Part shown: positions 33,340 through 42,771 of the stretch, one piece after another
Numbering within the stretch: the stretch's first letter is position 1
How the letters are laid out: each line of letters starts with the position of its first letter
Source: Polyangiales bacterium
GTDB lineage: Bacteria; Myxococcota_A; Polyangia; Polyangiales; JADJQN01
Assembly (NCBI GenBank): GCA_964202905.1
Contig: CAXNJO010000001.1
Coordinates: 704,001 to 768,000 of the forward strand
DNA length: 64,000 bases
Direction: 5' to 3'
Notes under the pieces: generated by a model
The model's input: only the letters and a program-made list of their open reading frames with translations
Databases searched by the model: none
What the model was told of the DNA's origin: nothing
Made by a program: the position numbers and the translations under genes

Positions 33340-34266
33340 GTGCCGCGCGCGCACGCCCTCGGGCTGTATCTCTTCGGGTCGTACGGGATCGTCGGCGCGC
33401 TCGCGCTCGGCTTCTCGCTGCTCGGCGGGCGCTGGGAGGGCCGCACGGCGCTTGCGCTCGGCGTGTTCGCGATGTGGGTGCCCTTCGCCGTCGCCGCGGC
33501 GCTCACGAAGTGGGGCTGGCACCTGCCGCTGCGCCCGGTGCTCGGCCTGCGCCTGCGGCCGGATCGCTACTACGTCGCCGCGTGGCTGTTGCCGGTCGGC
33601 GTCGCGGGGCTCGCGCTCGCGATCGCCGCCGCGCTGCCGGGCGTCGAGTTCACGCTCTCGCTCGCGGGCTACGCCGAACGCGTCGCGCCCGCGCTCGACG
33701 CCGCGCAGCGCGCGGAGCTCGATCGGCAGCTCGCCGAGGCGCCGCTGCCGCCCTGGCTGCTCGCCGCGGGCCAGGCGCTCTTCGCGGGGCTCACGGTGAA
33801 CGCGCTCGCGGCGCTCGGCGAGGAGGCTGGCTGGCGTGGCTACGTGCACGCGGTGGCCGAGGGGCGTTTCTGGCCCGTGGCGCTCGCGACGGGCGCGCTG
33901 CACGGGCTCTGGCACGCGCCGCTCGTGCTGCTCGGGCACAACGCGGTGAGCGACTCACGCCCGCTCAACCTCGCGCTCACCGTGTCGTGGTGCGTGCTCA
34001 CCGGGCCGCTCTTCACGTGGGTGCGTGCGCGCACCGGATCGGCGCTCGCGGCCGCGATCACGCACGGCACGTTCAACGCGCTCGCGGGCGTACCGCTGCT
34101 GCTCGTGCGCGGCGGCTCGGCGCTCGCGGTCGGCCCGCTCGGGCTCGCGTGGCAGCTCGCGACGCTCGTCGCGGTCGCGCTGCTCGTCGCGTGGGATTGG
34201 CGCCTCGGCGCAGGCTCCGTCGTGCGCCCGGAGAGTGCCTATCGAACCGGCCCGACGCCGGTGTGA
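33340..34266 (+). CDS. CPBP (CAAX/Abi) family intramembrane metalloprotease
   Basis: GEEAGWRG, HGLWHAP and HGTFN motifs; multiple TM segments. Confidence 0.9.
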   Translation: MPRAHALGLYLFGSYGIVGALALGFSLLGGRWEGRTALALGVFAMWVPFAVAAALTKWGWHLPLRPVLGLRLRPDRYYVAAWLLPVGVAGLALAIAAALPGVEFTLSLAGYAERVAPALDAAQRAELDRQLAEAPLPPWLLAAGQALFAGLTVNALAALGEEAGWRGYVHAVAEGRFWPVALATGALHGLWHAPLVLLGHNAVSDSRPLNLALTVSWCVLTGPLFTWVRARTGSALAAAITHGTFNALAGVPLLLVRGGSALAVGPLGLAWQLATLVAVALLVAWDWRLGAGSVVRPESAYRTGPTPV

Positions 34267-34328
34267 GAATCGGATTCTCGCGAACCATCCGAATTCAATT
34301 CTCGGCGTCGTGAATATCCCTTCATCCA

Positions 34329-35657
34329 TCACCCCTCTTCGCCGACGAGCGCGCGGACGGTCGCAGCGAGGGTGTCGAAGCGCGGGAAGAGCACGCGGGT
34401 TTGCTCGATCGTCGTCTCGGAGCCGCCGGCAGCGAAGGGTTGGAGCACCGCCTCGGGCGCGTAGGCCTCGATGAAGCTGCGTGTCGAGCGGGAGAGTGTG
34501 GCGCGTCCGCCGTGCTTCACCTCGACGCCGATGCAGCGCTTGCCCGAGACGAGGACGAAGTCGAGCTCGGCGCCGCCCTTGGTGCGCCAGTAGTGGATCG
34601 TCCACGTCTCGGGGAGGGCCTTGAGCAGCTCTGCGTAGACGAAGGACTCCGCGAGCGCGCCGCGGTCCGGGCGACGCTCGATGTCTTCGGAGAAGGTGCC
34701 GAGGGCTGCGTTGCGCAGGCCCGGATCGACGAAGAAGACGCGCTGTGCCGTCGTGAGCTCGCTGCGTCGGCCACCCGCGAAAGCGGGGATTCGCCGCAGG
34801 ATCCACGCCTCTTCGAGGAGTGAGAGATACTCATGCACGGTCGAGGCGGAAATGCCCAAGATCGACGCCCACTCGGCGAGGTTCACGAGGCTGCCTACCT
34901 GACCGGCGGTGAGCGCGATCAAGCGCCGGAAGGCGTCGGGGCGCTGGATGCGGAAGCGATCGGAGGCGTCGCGGATCACGAACGCTTCGAGCAACTCACG
35001 CAGCTCGTCGGCGGGGTGTGTGGACGTGACGACGGCGGGATAGCCGCCCCAGATCCACTGTTTGCGCGTGATCTCCGCTGTGGCGCGCGCGCGCACGGCG
35101 GGCGGGAGGGAGCTCATCGCACCGACTTGCTCGTCGAGACTCAGCGGCAGGATGCGACGTCGCTGCGCGCGCCCGGCGAGGCTCTCGCGCGTCCGCGCAG
35201 CGAGGTCGTAGGCGGAAGAGCCCGTGACCCAGACCTCCCAACCCCGTTTGGCGTCGATCAGCCCCTTGACGAAGAGCCCCGCCTCGGTGAGGTGCTGCGC
35301 CTCCTCGAGGAAGACCACGCGCACGCTCGGGAGCCAGGCTTCGATCTGCTGCGTGAACGCGACGGACGAGCTGCACAGCGCGCGAAAGAGCGCCTCTTCG
35401 CAGTTGAGGTAGAGGACGGTCTGCGGCTCTCGGGAGGCGAGCTGCTGCCAGATCCACGTCGACTTCCCGGCCTGCCGCGGGCCGACGACGAGTGCGGCTT
35501 TGCGGGTGGTGATGGCCAGCGGGGCGACCGCGCGCGGGATCGGCGATTCCGGCAGGAAGCGCGCGATCTCCGCCGCGTAGGTGTCGGGAGCCGCGTGCCA
35601 TGGATTGGCGAAGAGCAGCCGATCACGGGTCGCCGCCGCGCTCTCGGGAGTCATCAT
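34329..35657 (-). CDS. AAA_14 ATPase with C-terminal DUF4143 (PD-(D/E)XK-like) domain
   Basis: GPRQAGKS Walker A, FLEEAQ, VTGSS, ESLAGR, GGYP, FFVDPGLRN, YWRTKGGAELDFV...GVEVK. Confidence 0.9.
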   Translation of the reverse strand: MMTPESAAATRDRLLFANPWHAAPDTYAAEIARFLPESPIPRAVAPLAITTRKAALVVGPRQAGKSTWIWQQLASREPQTVLYLNCEEALFRALCSSSVAFTQQIEAWLPSVRVVFLEEAQHLTEAGLFVKGLIDAKRGWEVWVTGSSAYDLAARTRESLAGRAQRRRILPLSLDEQVGAMSSLPPAVRARATAEITRKQWIWGGYPAVVTSTHPADELRELLEAFVIRDASDRFRIQRPDAFRRLIALTAGQVGSLVNLAEWASILGISASTVHEYLSLLEEAWILRRIPAFAGGRRSELTTAQRVFFVDPGLRNAALGTFSEDIERRPDRGALAESFVYAELLKALPETWTIHYWRTKGGAELDFVLVSGKRCIGVEVKHGGRATLSRSTRSFIEAYAPEAVLQPFAAGGSETTIEQTRVLFPRFDTLAATVRALVGEEG

Positions 35658-35665
35658 CCGCGACT

Positions 35666-35750
35666 AACCTGACTCATCGTCGACGTCAACCCCGATGAAC
35701 CCGACTCATCGTCGACGGTATCCCCGATGAACCTGACTCATCGTCGACGG
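35666..35750. repeat. 32-bp direct repeat, ~2.6 copies, immediately upstream of the ATPase gene
   Basis: AACCYGACTCATCGTCGACG at 35666, 35698 and 35730, joined by near-identical ...CCCCGATG linkers. Confidence 0.85.
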
Positions 35751-35999
35751 GCGTCGCGGCGCAGGTGGCCGACGATGGGCGCGGCGTGCGGCTGCGCGCC
35801 GCTCCATCCGAGCCCGTCGTCTCGGTGAGCGCGGCCTCGGCGCACCAGAAGGCGAGGACCGTGGCGTGGATGGCGATCCCGACGAGGCCGCCGAGGCCGC
35901 CGAGGCCGCGGGAGATCTCACGCAGCGGCGTCGCCGCGAGCACGTCGTTCCAGACCATGTCGCTCGCCTCGCTCGGGGCGGACGTTCGTCTCCGTGATC

Positions 36000-36418
36000 G
36001 CGCGCTCTGCGCGCGCCTCCGTCTCGGCCTGCCGCTCGTGCTGCACGTGGTGCGCGCGCACGAGGCGGCGCTGCGGGCGCTCGCGCGGCACGCGCCCCTG
36101 CGCGGCGTGGCGCATGCGTACAGCGGGCCCGCCGAGCTCGTCCCGGCGTATCTCTCGCGCGGGCTGCATCTCGGTGTTGCGGGCGGCGTCACGCGTCCGA
36201 ATGCGCACAAGGCGCAGCGGGCGGTGCGCGCCGTGCCCCGAGAGCGACTCCTCGTCGAGACGGACGCGCCCTCGCAGGCGGCCCACGGATGCGGGTCGTC
36301 GCGGGCGGAGCCCGCGCATCTCGTGCTCACGCTGCGGGCGATCGCGGCGGGGCGCGGCGAATCGAGCGACGATCTCACGCGCGCGACGACGGCGAACGCG
36401 ACGGCGTTGTTCGGGTGA
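36000..36418 (+). pseudogene. 5'-truncated TatD-family hydrolase (C-terminal half only)
   Basis: LPLVLHVVRAH, GVAHAYSG, ERLLVETDAP, TTANATALF present; N-terminal DxHxH and GEIGLD motifs not found upstream. Confidence 0.7.
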
Positions 36419-36509
36419 GCGGTGCTGGTCGAGGCGATGGCGGCGCAGGCTCGTCGCGGGGCGCGGTCGAGTGATTCCGCCGTGCTAGCGTCGCGCCGTG
36501 ACGGGAGGC

Positions 36510-37643
36510 ATGCGCATCGTCCGTGCATCGGTGCACGGTCGGCGAGTGGCGCCATGCGCGCTCCTTGCGCTCGTCGTGTCGGTGATTCCGATGCGGGTGG
36601 TCGCGCAGACGCAGGGCGCGTGCGCGCTGCGCGCGTCGCCGGCGGTCGCGTCGCTCGCCGAGGCCGCGGGGCGCGGTGCGGCGCGGCGACTGGCGCGTCC
36701 GCTCACGGTGGGTGCGCCGCTCGAGGACGACACCCCGCGTTCGCTCGGCGCGTGTGTCGTCGGGCTCACGCGCGGTCCGGGCGGTCTGCGCATCTTCGCT
36801 GCGGACGCCGCGGGAGCGCTGCGCGAGGTCGAGGTGGGAGACGATGGTGATGCAGCGGCGACGGCCCGCGCGCTCGCCGTCGCGCTCTCGACGCTGCTGT
36901 TGCAGCTGGAGGCCGGCGATCTCGCGAATCCCGCGCAGCCCGAGATCGCCAATCCGTCGAATCCTGCGAATCCCGCGCAGCCCGAGATCGCCAATCCGTC
37001 GAATCCTGCGAATCCCGCGCAGCCGACTGCCACGAACCCCACGCAGGCCAATCCCGAGAATCCCGCGGATACGGGGGCGGCGGAGGTCGGGAATCCGTCG
37101 CGTGGCGCCGCGGAGGGGCGCGCCGGGGCCGTCGTGCGCGCGGTCTTCGTCGCGGGCGCGCAGGTGCGGGCGCCGGTCTCCGTGCTGCGCGGGACGGGAG
37201 GCGTCGGGCTCGGTGGAGTGCTCGGCTTGTGTTTGGTGGAGAGGGTGTGTGCGCTGCTCTCGGCGGAGTACGTGCTGCCGTCCGAGCGTCCGGCCTGGGC
37301 TGGCGCGCCGGCGGCGTATCGCTGGGGCAACGCGGCGGCCGTCGCCCAGATCACCGCGCTGCGCCGCGGTTCGTGGGTGCTCGGCGCGGGGCTCGGCGTC
37401 GTCGCGCGGCTCTCCGAGGCGACGCTCGACGGGCGCACGACGCGCGGCACGTCGCTCTCGGCCGGGGTGCGCGTGCAGCTCGAGGGCAGCCTGGCCCTCG
37501 GTCGCTTGTGGGAGGCGGTGCTCGGCCTCGGCACCGATCTCTACGTCGACCGCGCGGCCTTCGTGCAGGGGGGGCAGACCCTGCTGGTCGAGGACTTCGT
37601 CACGCCGTGGGCCCTGTTTTCGGCGCGATTTCGCGCACCTTGA
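36510..37643 (+). CDS. Secreted protein with NPA-rich linker and C-terminal beta-strand (outer-membrane-like) domain
   Basis: Signal-like N-terminus; 42-bp repeat ANPAQPEIANPSNP x2+; alternating strands ending ...WALFSARFRAP. Confidence 0.6.
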   Translation: MRIVRASVHGRRVAPCALLALVVSVIPMRVVAQTQGACALRASPAVASLAEAAGRGAARRLARPLTVGAPLEDDTPRSLGACVVGLTRGPGGLRIFAADAAGALREVEVGDDGDAAATARALAVALSTLLLQLEAGDLANPAQPEIANPSNPANPAQPEIANPSNPANPAQPTATNPTQANPENPADTGAAEVGNPSRGAAEGRAGAVVRAVFVAGAQVRAPVSVLRGTGGVGLGGVLGLCLVERVCALLSAEYVLPSERPAWAGAPAAYRWGNAAAVAQITALRRGSWVLGAGLGVVARLSEATLDGRTTRGTSLSAGVRVQLEGSLALGRLWEAVLGLGTDLYVDRAAFVQGGQTLLVEDFVTPWALFSARFRAP

Positions 37644-37660
37644 CGATTTTCGAGGGGTGA

Positions 37661-37687
37661 TTGGAAATGCGCGCGCCCGCGGACGAC
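37661..37687 (+). promoter_or_regulatory. Putative ECF sigma promoter (autoregulatory copy) TTGGAAAT-N13-GACGAC
   Basis: Same motif and spacing as 39601-39627; directly upstream of the ECF sigma gene. Confidence 0.7.
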
Positions 37688-37726
37688 TCACGTAGGATGC
37701 ACCTGGCCGTGAGCGAGCATGGGGCG

Positions 37727-38284
37727 ATGTCGGAGACGCCCGAAGACGTCGAGTGGCTGCGCCGTGCGGCGGGGGGCGATGCGCGCGCGGCGTCGCTGCT
37801 CTTTCGCGCCCACGGCGCGCGTGTTCAGCGGATGGCGGCCCGCGTGCTCGGCGCGGGCGACGCGGAGGTCGACGACGTGGTGCAGCAGACCTTCCTCGCG
37901 GCGCTCGACTCGGCGGCCCGCTTCGACGGCCGCTCGGCGCTCTCGACGTGGCTCATCGGCATCGCCAACCGCCGCGCGCTCGACGCCGCGCGCAGCCGGG
38001 CGCGCCGCGCGCGCCTGCGTGAGGTGACGTCGTGGTTCGGACTCGGGGACGCCGCGCCGGCGGCCTCCGAGGCGCGCGATGCGCGGGATTCCGCCGCACG
38101 TGCGCTTGCCGTGCTCACCCCTGAACAACGCAGCGTCTTCGTGCTCGTCAGCGTCGAGGGCTACACCTTGCAGGAGGCGGCGGACATGACCGGTACGGGC
38201 ATGTCGACGCTCCACGCGCGCCTCGCCGCGGCGCGCAAGCGGCTCGATGCGGCGATCGCTGACGGCGGGGAGGAAGCGCGATGA
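37727..38284 (+). CDS. ECF (sigma-70 group 4) RNA polymerase sigma factor
   Basis: DDVVQQTFLAA, FDGRSALSTWLIGIA (region 2); LTPEQRSVFVL...EGYTLQEAA...STLHARLAAAR (region 4). Start may be 37697. Confidence 0.93.
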   Translation: MSETPEDVEWLRRAAGGDARAASLLFRAHGARVQRMAARVLGAGDAEVDDVVQQTFLAALDSAARFDGRSALSTWLIGIANRRALDAARSRARRARLREVTSWFGLGDAAPAASEARDARDSAARALAVLTPEQRSVFVLVSVEGYTLQEAADMTGTGMSTLHARLAAARKRLDAAIADGGEEAR

Positions 38285-39498
38285 GCGAGCTCGCAGACAC
38301 GCGGCGCGATGCACACGCGGCGCCCGACCTGGCCGAATCTCCGGCGGATCGCGTCGCTGCGCGTCTGCGCGCGGAGCCCGTCGACGCGGCTGCGGTCGCG
38401 CGCGCGGAGGTGCGTTTCGTCGAGGCGGCGCGGATGCGCGACGGTCGGAAGGCTGCGTCCCGCGCGTGGATCGGTGTCGGGTTCGCCGTGGCCTGCGCGC
38501 TCGTGATCGCGGTGGTCATCGGGCGCTCCGAGTCCGTCAGCGACGGCGGGGAGGGCGGCCGACCCGTGGCGCAGACGCTCACGCCGCTCCGTGCGGGGCA
38601 GGTGCTCGACGGACGGGAGCCCGTGCGCGGGCGGCTCGGCCACGCGACGCTCGAGTTGTCGCGGGGAGCGCACGCCGAGATCGTCCGGGACGCGCTGCAC
38701 GCGGCGTTGGTTCGGCTCGATCGGGGGGAGTTGTTCGTCGATTTCCAGCCGCTGCGGCGCGGCAAGGAGCACCTCGCCATCGAGACGCCGAGCGCGCGCG
38801 TCGAGGTCGTCGGCACCGCGTTCGTCGTGCGCGTCGCTGCGGATGGCGCGACGCGGGTCGAGGTCACGCACGGCGTCGTCGAGGTGCTCGCGCGCGCGAC
38901 GGGCGTGCGTCGTCGGCTCACCGTCGGCGCGTCCATCGACGTCGGCGCGGTCGTCGCCGCGGCGCCGCCTGCGCCCGTTCCGCAGCTCGCCACGAGCGAC
39001 TCGCCCGTCCGCGTGCGCGTGACGGACGGTGATTCGCAGCAGAACGCCGTGGCCCCGCAGCAGCAGGAGTCGGCGTCTACCTACAACGGACTTGCAACAG
39101 CGCGCGACGTGCGCCTGAGCGCGGGCGCGCTGCCCTCGCTCGAATCCGCGCTGGCGGCACTCGACGCGGGCGACACGGCCCCGAGCGAGCGACTCGCTCA
39201 GACCGGCGCGCGCGCGGCGCGGCTCGACGCGCTCGAGGCGCTCGCCGACCACCACGAGCGGCGTGGGTCCGCCAGCGCGGCCGAGTCGGCCTACGCGAAG
39301 ATTCTCGCGCTCGATCCGCACGGCGCGCGCGGCGCCACGGCCTGCTTCGCACGGGCGTCGCTGCGCGAGCGGGTCGGTGCGCCCGGTGCGGCCGACGACT
39401 TCGTGCGCTACCTCGCCGAGCACCCGCGCGGCGCCCTCGCGGCGCAGGCCCGCGTGCACCTGTGTTCGCTCGCACCCGCGCGCTGCCCTCCTCCTTGA
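38281..39498 (+). CDS. FecR-like anti-sigma factor with C-terminal TPR-like domain
   Basis: Coupled to sigma (ATGA overlap); single TM; LDRGELFV, IETPSARVEVVGTAFVV, VEVTHGVVEV FecR motifs; YLAEHPRG tail. Confidence 0.85.
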   Translation: MSELADTRRDAHAAPDLAESPADRVAARLRAEPVDAAAVARAEVRFVEAARMRDGRKAASRAWIGVGFAVACALVIAVVIGRSESVSDGGEGGRPVAQTLTPLRAGQVLDGREPVRGRLGHATLELSRGAHAEIVRDALHAALVRLDRGELFVDFQPLRRGKEHLAIETPSARVEVVGTAFVVRVAADGATRVEVTHGVVEVLARATGVRRRLTVGASIDVGAVVAAAPPAPVPQLATSDSPVRVRVTDGDSQQNAVAPQQQESASTYNGLATARDVRLSAGALPSLESALAALDAGDTAPSERLAQTGARAARLDALEALADHHERRGSASAAESAYAKILALDPHGARGATACFARASLRERVGAPGAADDFVRYLAEHPRGALAAQARVHLCSLAPARCPPP

Positions 39499-39600
39499 CG
39501 AGAATGGCATTCTGCGGCGCGCGGCATGGGGGGGTTCGCAGGCCGCAGAACCCGATGTTTCCTCGAAAAACACGCAGCTTGAAGAAAAAGATCCGAGGGT

Positions 39601-39627
39601 TTGGAAATCCACGCAGGGACCGACGAC
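39601..39627 (+). promoter_or_regulatory. Putative ECF sigma promoter (target copy) TTGGAAAT-N13-GACGAC
   Basis: Matches 37661-37687; followed by a GGAGG RBS and ATG 39648. Confidence 0.7.
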
Positions 39628-39647
39628 AGAGGGCATAGGAGGTTCGA

Positions 39648-41201
39648 ATGACGCTTCTTCCCACCGCCCCCCGCCGCCGTTTCTTCGCCCCTGCGCTCCT
39701 CGCCGTGATGCTCGCGCTCACGGGCTGCACGGAGACCGTCTCGCTCCCGAGCGCCGTGCCCGCCATCGGCGCGAGCGCGTCCCTCGTCGTCGGTCCCGCG
39801 GGCGGCAGCGTCCGCATCGACGACCTCACGGTCACGTTCCCCGCGGGTGCCCTCGCGACGCCGACGTCCGTCACCGTCACCGTCGAGGCGCCGACGCGCA
39901 CCGGGCGGCTGAGCGCGTTCTCCCCGGTCGTGCGCTTCGAGCCCGCGAACCTCGCGCTCGCCGTCCCCGCGGAGATTCGCCTGCCCTTCCGCGGCGACGC
40001 CGCGCTCGCCAACGCCTTCCTCGCCAACGCGGCGGGTGAGGCGTTCGCGGCCCGCGCGACGCGGGTCGAGGGGGATGTCGCGGTCTTCGAGACGACTTCG
40101 ATGCGGTCTTCGTTCGTGGGTTCGGCGTGCGAGGGCGAGGACTGCGCCTGTGCGCCCGTCTCGTCGCTCGACCTGCTCGTCGTCATCGACAACTCCAACT
40201 CGATGGCGGAGGAGCAGGCAATGCTCCGGGGCGAGCTGCCCGAGCTCTTCCGCGCGCTCGCCACGGGTGACCTCGATGGCGACGGCACGCAGGATCTCGC
40301 GTCCTTCGAGAGCGTGCGCGTCGGCGTCGTCACCACGGATCTCGGCGCAGGCGCGGCGAGCGTGCCGACCTGCGATGGACCGTCCGCGGACGACGGCGTC
40401 CTGCGGACGACCTCGGGCGATGCGTCCGTGGCGGGCTGCCCCGCGGGCGGCTTCGCCTCGCCCTTCGCGGCGTACGACGGCGCGAATCCGGCCGGACTCC
40501 CCGACTTCGTGCAGCACGTCGCCTGCACGAGCGCGGCGGGCATCGCTGGTTGCGGCTTTGAGCGTCCGCTCGAGGCAGCGCGCTTCGCGCTCTCGCCGAC
40601 GGCGCCGACGAGCTGGACCGCGCCCGGCTACGTCACGCCCGTGCTGGCCGATGGCCGCGCGCCGATCGGCGCTGGCGCCAACGCGGGATTCCTCCGCGAC
40701 GGCTCGCTGCTCGCCGTGCTCTTCGTGACGGATGAGGACGACTGTTCGGCGACCGAATCTTCGCTCTTCGATCTGAGCGATGCGCGCTACGCGAGCGTCC
40801 CCAACCTCAACATGCGCTGTAGCGGCTTCCGCGACACCGCGCTCTTCGACGTGCCCACGCTGGTCGAGAGCCTCACCGGTCTCCGCCCGCAGCCGCAGGA
40901 TCTCGTCGTCGCCGCGATCGCCGGCGTCCCCACCGACCTCGCGACGGACGACCTCGACGCGGTGCTCGCCGATCCGCGCATGTCTCCGGTCGACGACGGC
41001 AGCGGCATGAACATCGAGACGGCGTGCGCGGCGAGCGGTCGCGGCGTCGCTTACCCCGCCAACCGTCTCGTCCAGGCGCTCCGCGGCGTCGAGCAGGCGG
41101 GCGGCCGCGCGGTGCTGCAGTCCATCTGCGCCGAGAGCTTCCAGACGGCCACCGAGTCGCTCGCCGAGGCCCTCGCCGAGCGCGCCGGCGGCGACTGCTG
41201 A
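39648..41201 (+). CDS. Lipoprotein with ZU5-like domain and Cys-rich myxobacterial vWA-like domain
   Basis: Lipobox LTGC; VGPAGG...FPAGAL...FEP (ZU5-like); DLLVVIDNSNSM MIDAS-like; GVVTTD; GCGFERPLEA; FLRDGSLLAVLFVTDEDDCS. Confidence 0.82.
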   Translation: MTLLPTAPRRRFFAPALLAVMLALTGCTETVSLPSAVPAIGASASLVVGPAGGSVRIDDLTVTFPAGALATPTSVTVTVEAPTRTGRLSAFSPVVRFEPANLALAVPAEIRLPFRGDAALANAFLANAAGEAFAARATRVEGDVAVFETTSMRSSFVGSACEGEDCACAPVSSLDLLVVIDNSNSMAEEQAMLRGELPELFRALATGDLDGDGTQDLASFESVRVGVVTTDLGAGAASVPTCDGPSADDGVLRTTSGDASVAGCPAGGFASPFAAYDGANPAGLPDFVQHVACTSAAGIAGCGFERPLEAARFALSPTAPTSWTAPGYVTPVLADGRAPIGAGANAGFLRDGSLLAVLFVTDEDDCSATESSLFDLSDARYASVPNLNMRCSGFRDTALFDVPTLVESLTGLRPQPQDLVVAAIAGVPTDLATDDLDAVLADPRMSPVDDGSGMNIETACAASGRGVAYPANRLVQALRGVEQAGGRAVLQSICAESFQTATESLAEALAERAGGDC

Positions 41202-41362
41202 GCGCGAGACATCGATTCTCGGACTGCCTCGCTCGGGCGCCGGGGCGTCTCGGTTCGCCGCAGCGAGGGGAGGATTCTCAACGACCGTGCATCGCGCCCG
41301 AACCCCTGCTCCGGTGGGGGTTTGGGCGTTTTTGCAGCGCTCGGTTCACCTCTGGGTCGGCG

Positions 41363-42725
41363 TCACCACGTCTCTTCGGGGCCGGTCACCACGAAGGCCG
41401 CGGGGTCACGCTGGTTCGCGTAGCGCGCGCTCCGCCACGCCGCGCTCCGCACCACGCCGCTCACCTCGAGGTGGTCGTAGTCGCCGCGGTGGTGGGAGCC
41501 CGTCTCGGCGACCGTCTGGCCGCGCTGACCGCCGAGCCAGAAGGTCGGGGGCGCGATGCTCCGCGTGACGGGGCAGACGGACGGCGACCTGTCACGTCGT
41601 CGACGGTGACGACCGTCGCCTCGGGGCCGCCGATGGCGCAGACCTGATGGAATGTCACCATCACGGATCATGCGTCATGGAGACGACTGACGCTCGTCGG
41701 CGCGGGCTGCAGAGTCCGCTGCGGAGGCCCACGCGGCCGGACTCGGTGAAGACGCCGAAATCGGCCGACTCGAGGCCCGTGCTGATCTGGCCGAAGATCG
41801 TCGGATTCTTCCAGTTGGTCGCGTTGCTGCGGTCCTCGTCCGTCCGCAGCCACACGCAGACGGTGAAGGTGCGGAAGCCCTCGAGGACCGCGAGCGGCAG
41901 CGCGAGGTGATCGTCGACGCCGTCGAGGCGCTCGGCGCCCGCGATCCGGCCGGGCACGTCCTCGTCGCCGTCGTAGTTGCCGCGTGTGGCGTGGAAGGCC
42001 GCGGCCGTCGCGTCGAGGCGCGGGCGCGCGCCGTCCTCGGCGAGCAGCCACACGCCGCGGAAGTCCGCGTCCCACACCTCCGTGGGCGTGTTGGGCGTGG
42101 CCGCGCCGCACGCGCGGTCGCCGTAGTAGAGGTGCAGGCGCGTCGCCGCGGGGCCGCCGAGCGGGACGCGCACCCACGCCGCGAGCGCGCCCGTCTCGGG
42201 GTCGTAGGCCTCGGGCGCGTGGGGGAGGCGTGCGCCCGTCTCTGCGTCGGCGAAGAGGAGGTCTTCGCCCGACGCGAGCGCGTGGTCGCGGAGGCCGGTG
42301 TCCGTGATCGTGACGAGCAGCGGGAAGTCGGCGAGCGGCTCGGTGGCGCGCCCGGCGGGGACCGTCACGAGGCGGCGATGCGGGCACGCCGTGTCACGCC
42401 AATCGGCGGGCGGGTTCGCGCAGCCCGCGGTGTCGAGCCTGCAGTCCGTGTCGCAGCCGAGCGTGCCGCGCAGAAAGCCCGCGCTCCCGCAGCTCGCGCC
42501 GTCGAGGTCGTCGCCGTCGCACGCCTCTGCGCCCTCGCGCACGCCGTCGCCGCAGCGGGCGGCCCCGAGGTCGGGCGGGGCTGCATCGTCGCGCGGCGCG
42601 GCGTCGCGGGGGCGTCCGCCGTCCGCGTCGTCGCCGGGCGCCTGCCCGGCGCGATCGACCGCGCACGCCGCGAGCGCGGCGGAGAGCGCGAGGGCGCACC
42701 AGCGTGGGGAGGCGACGTTCGGCAT
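41363..42725 (-). pseudogene. DUF2341 + LamG-like lipoprotein, 3' part disrupted by several frameshifts
   Basis: Lipobox LAAC; LADFPLLV, GEDLLF, AWVRVP, LHLYYG (DUF2341); FTVCVWLR (LamG); remnant GDYDHLEVSGVVRSAAW...YANQRDP in the 41363-41671 frame. Confidence 0.7.
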
Positions 42726-42771
42726 CAAGGGCGGTCTCCGGCGCGACGCTACCACGCGCGCGCGGTCGCCC

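Noticed and set aside
35666..35750. CRISPR repeat-spacer remnant
   Set aside because: The linkers between 20-bp cores are 12 bp and nearly identical.
37661..37726. ORF-track TTG start of the sigma factor at 37661
   Set aside because: It coincides with the predicted -35 element; downstream ATGs at 37697 or 37727 are more plausible.
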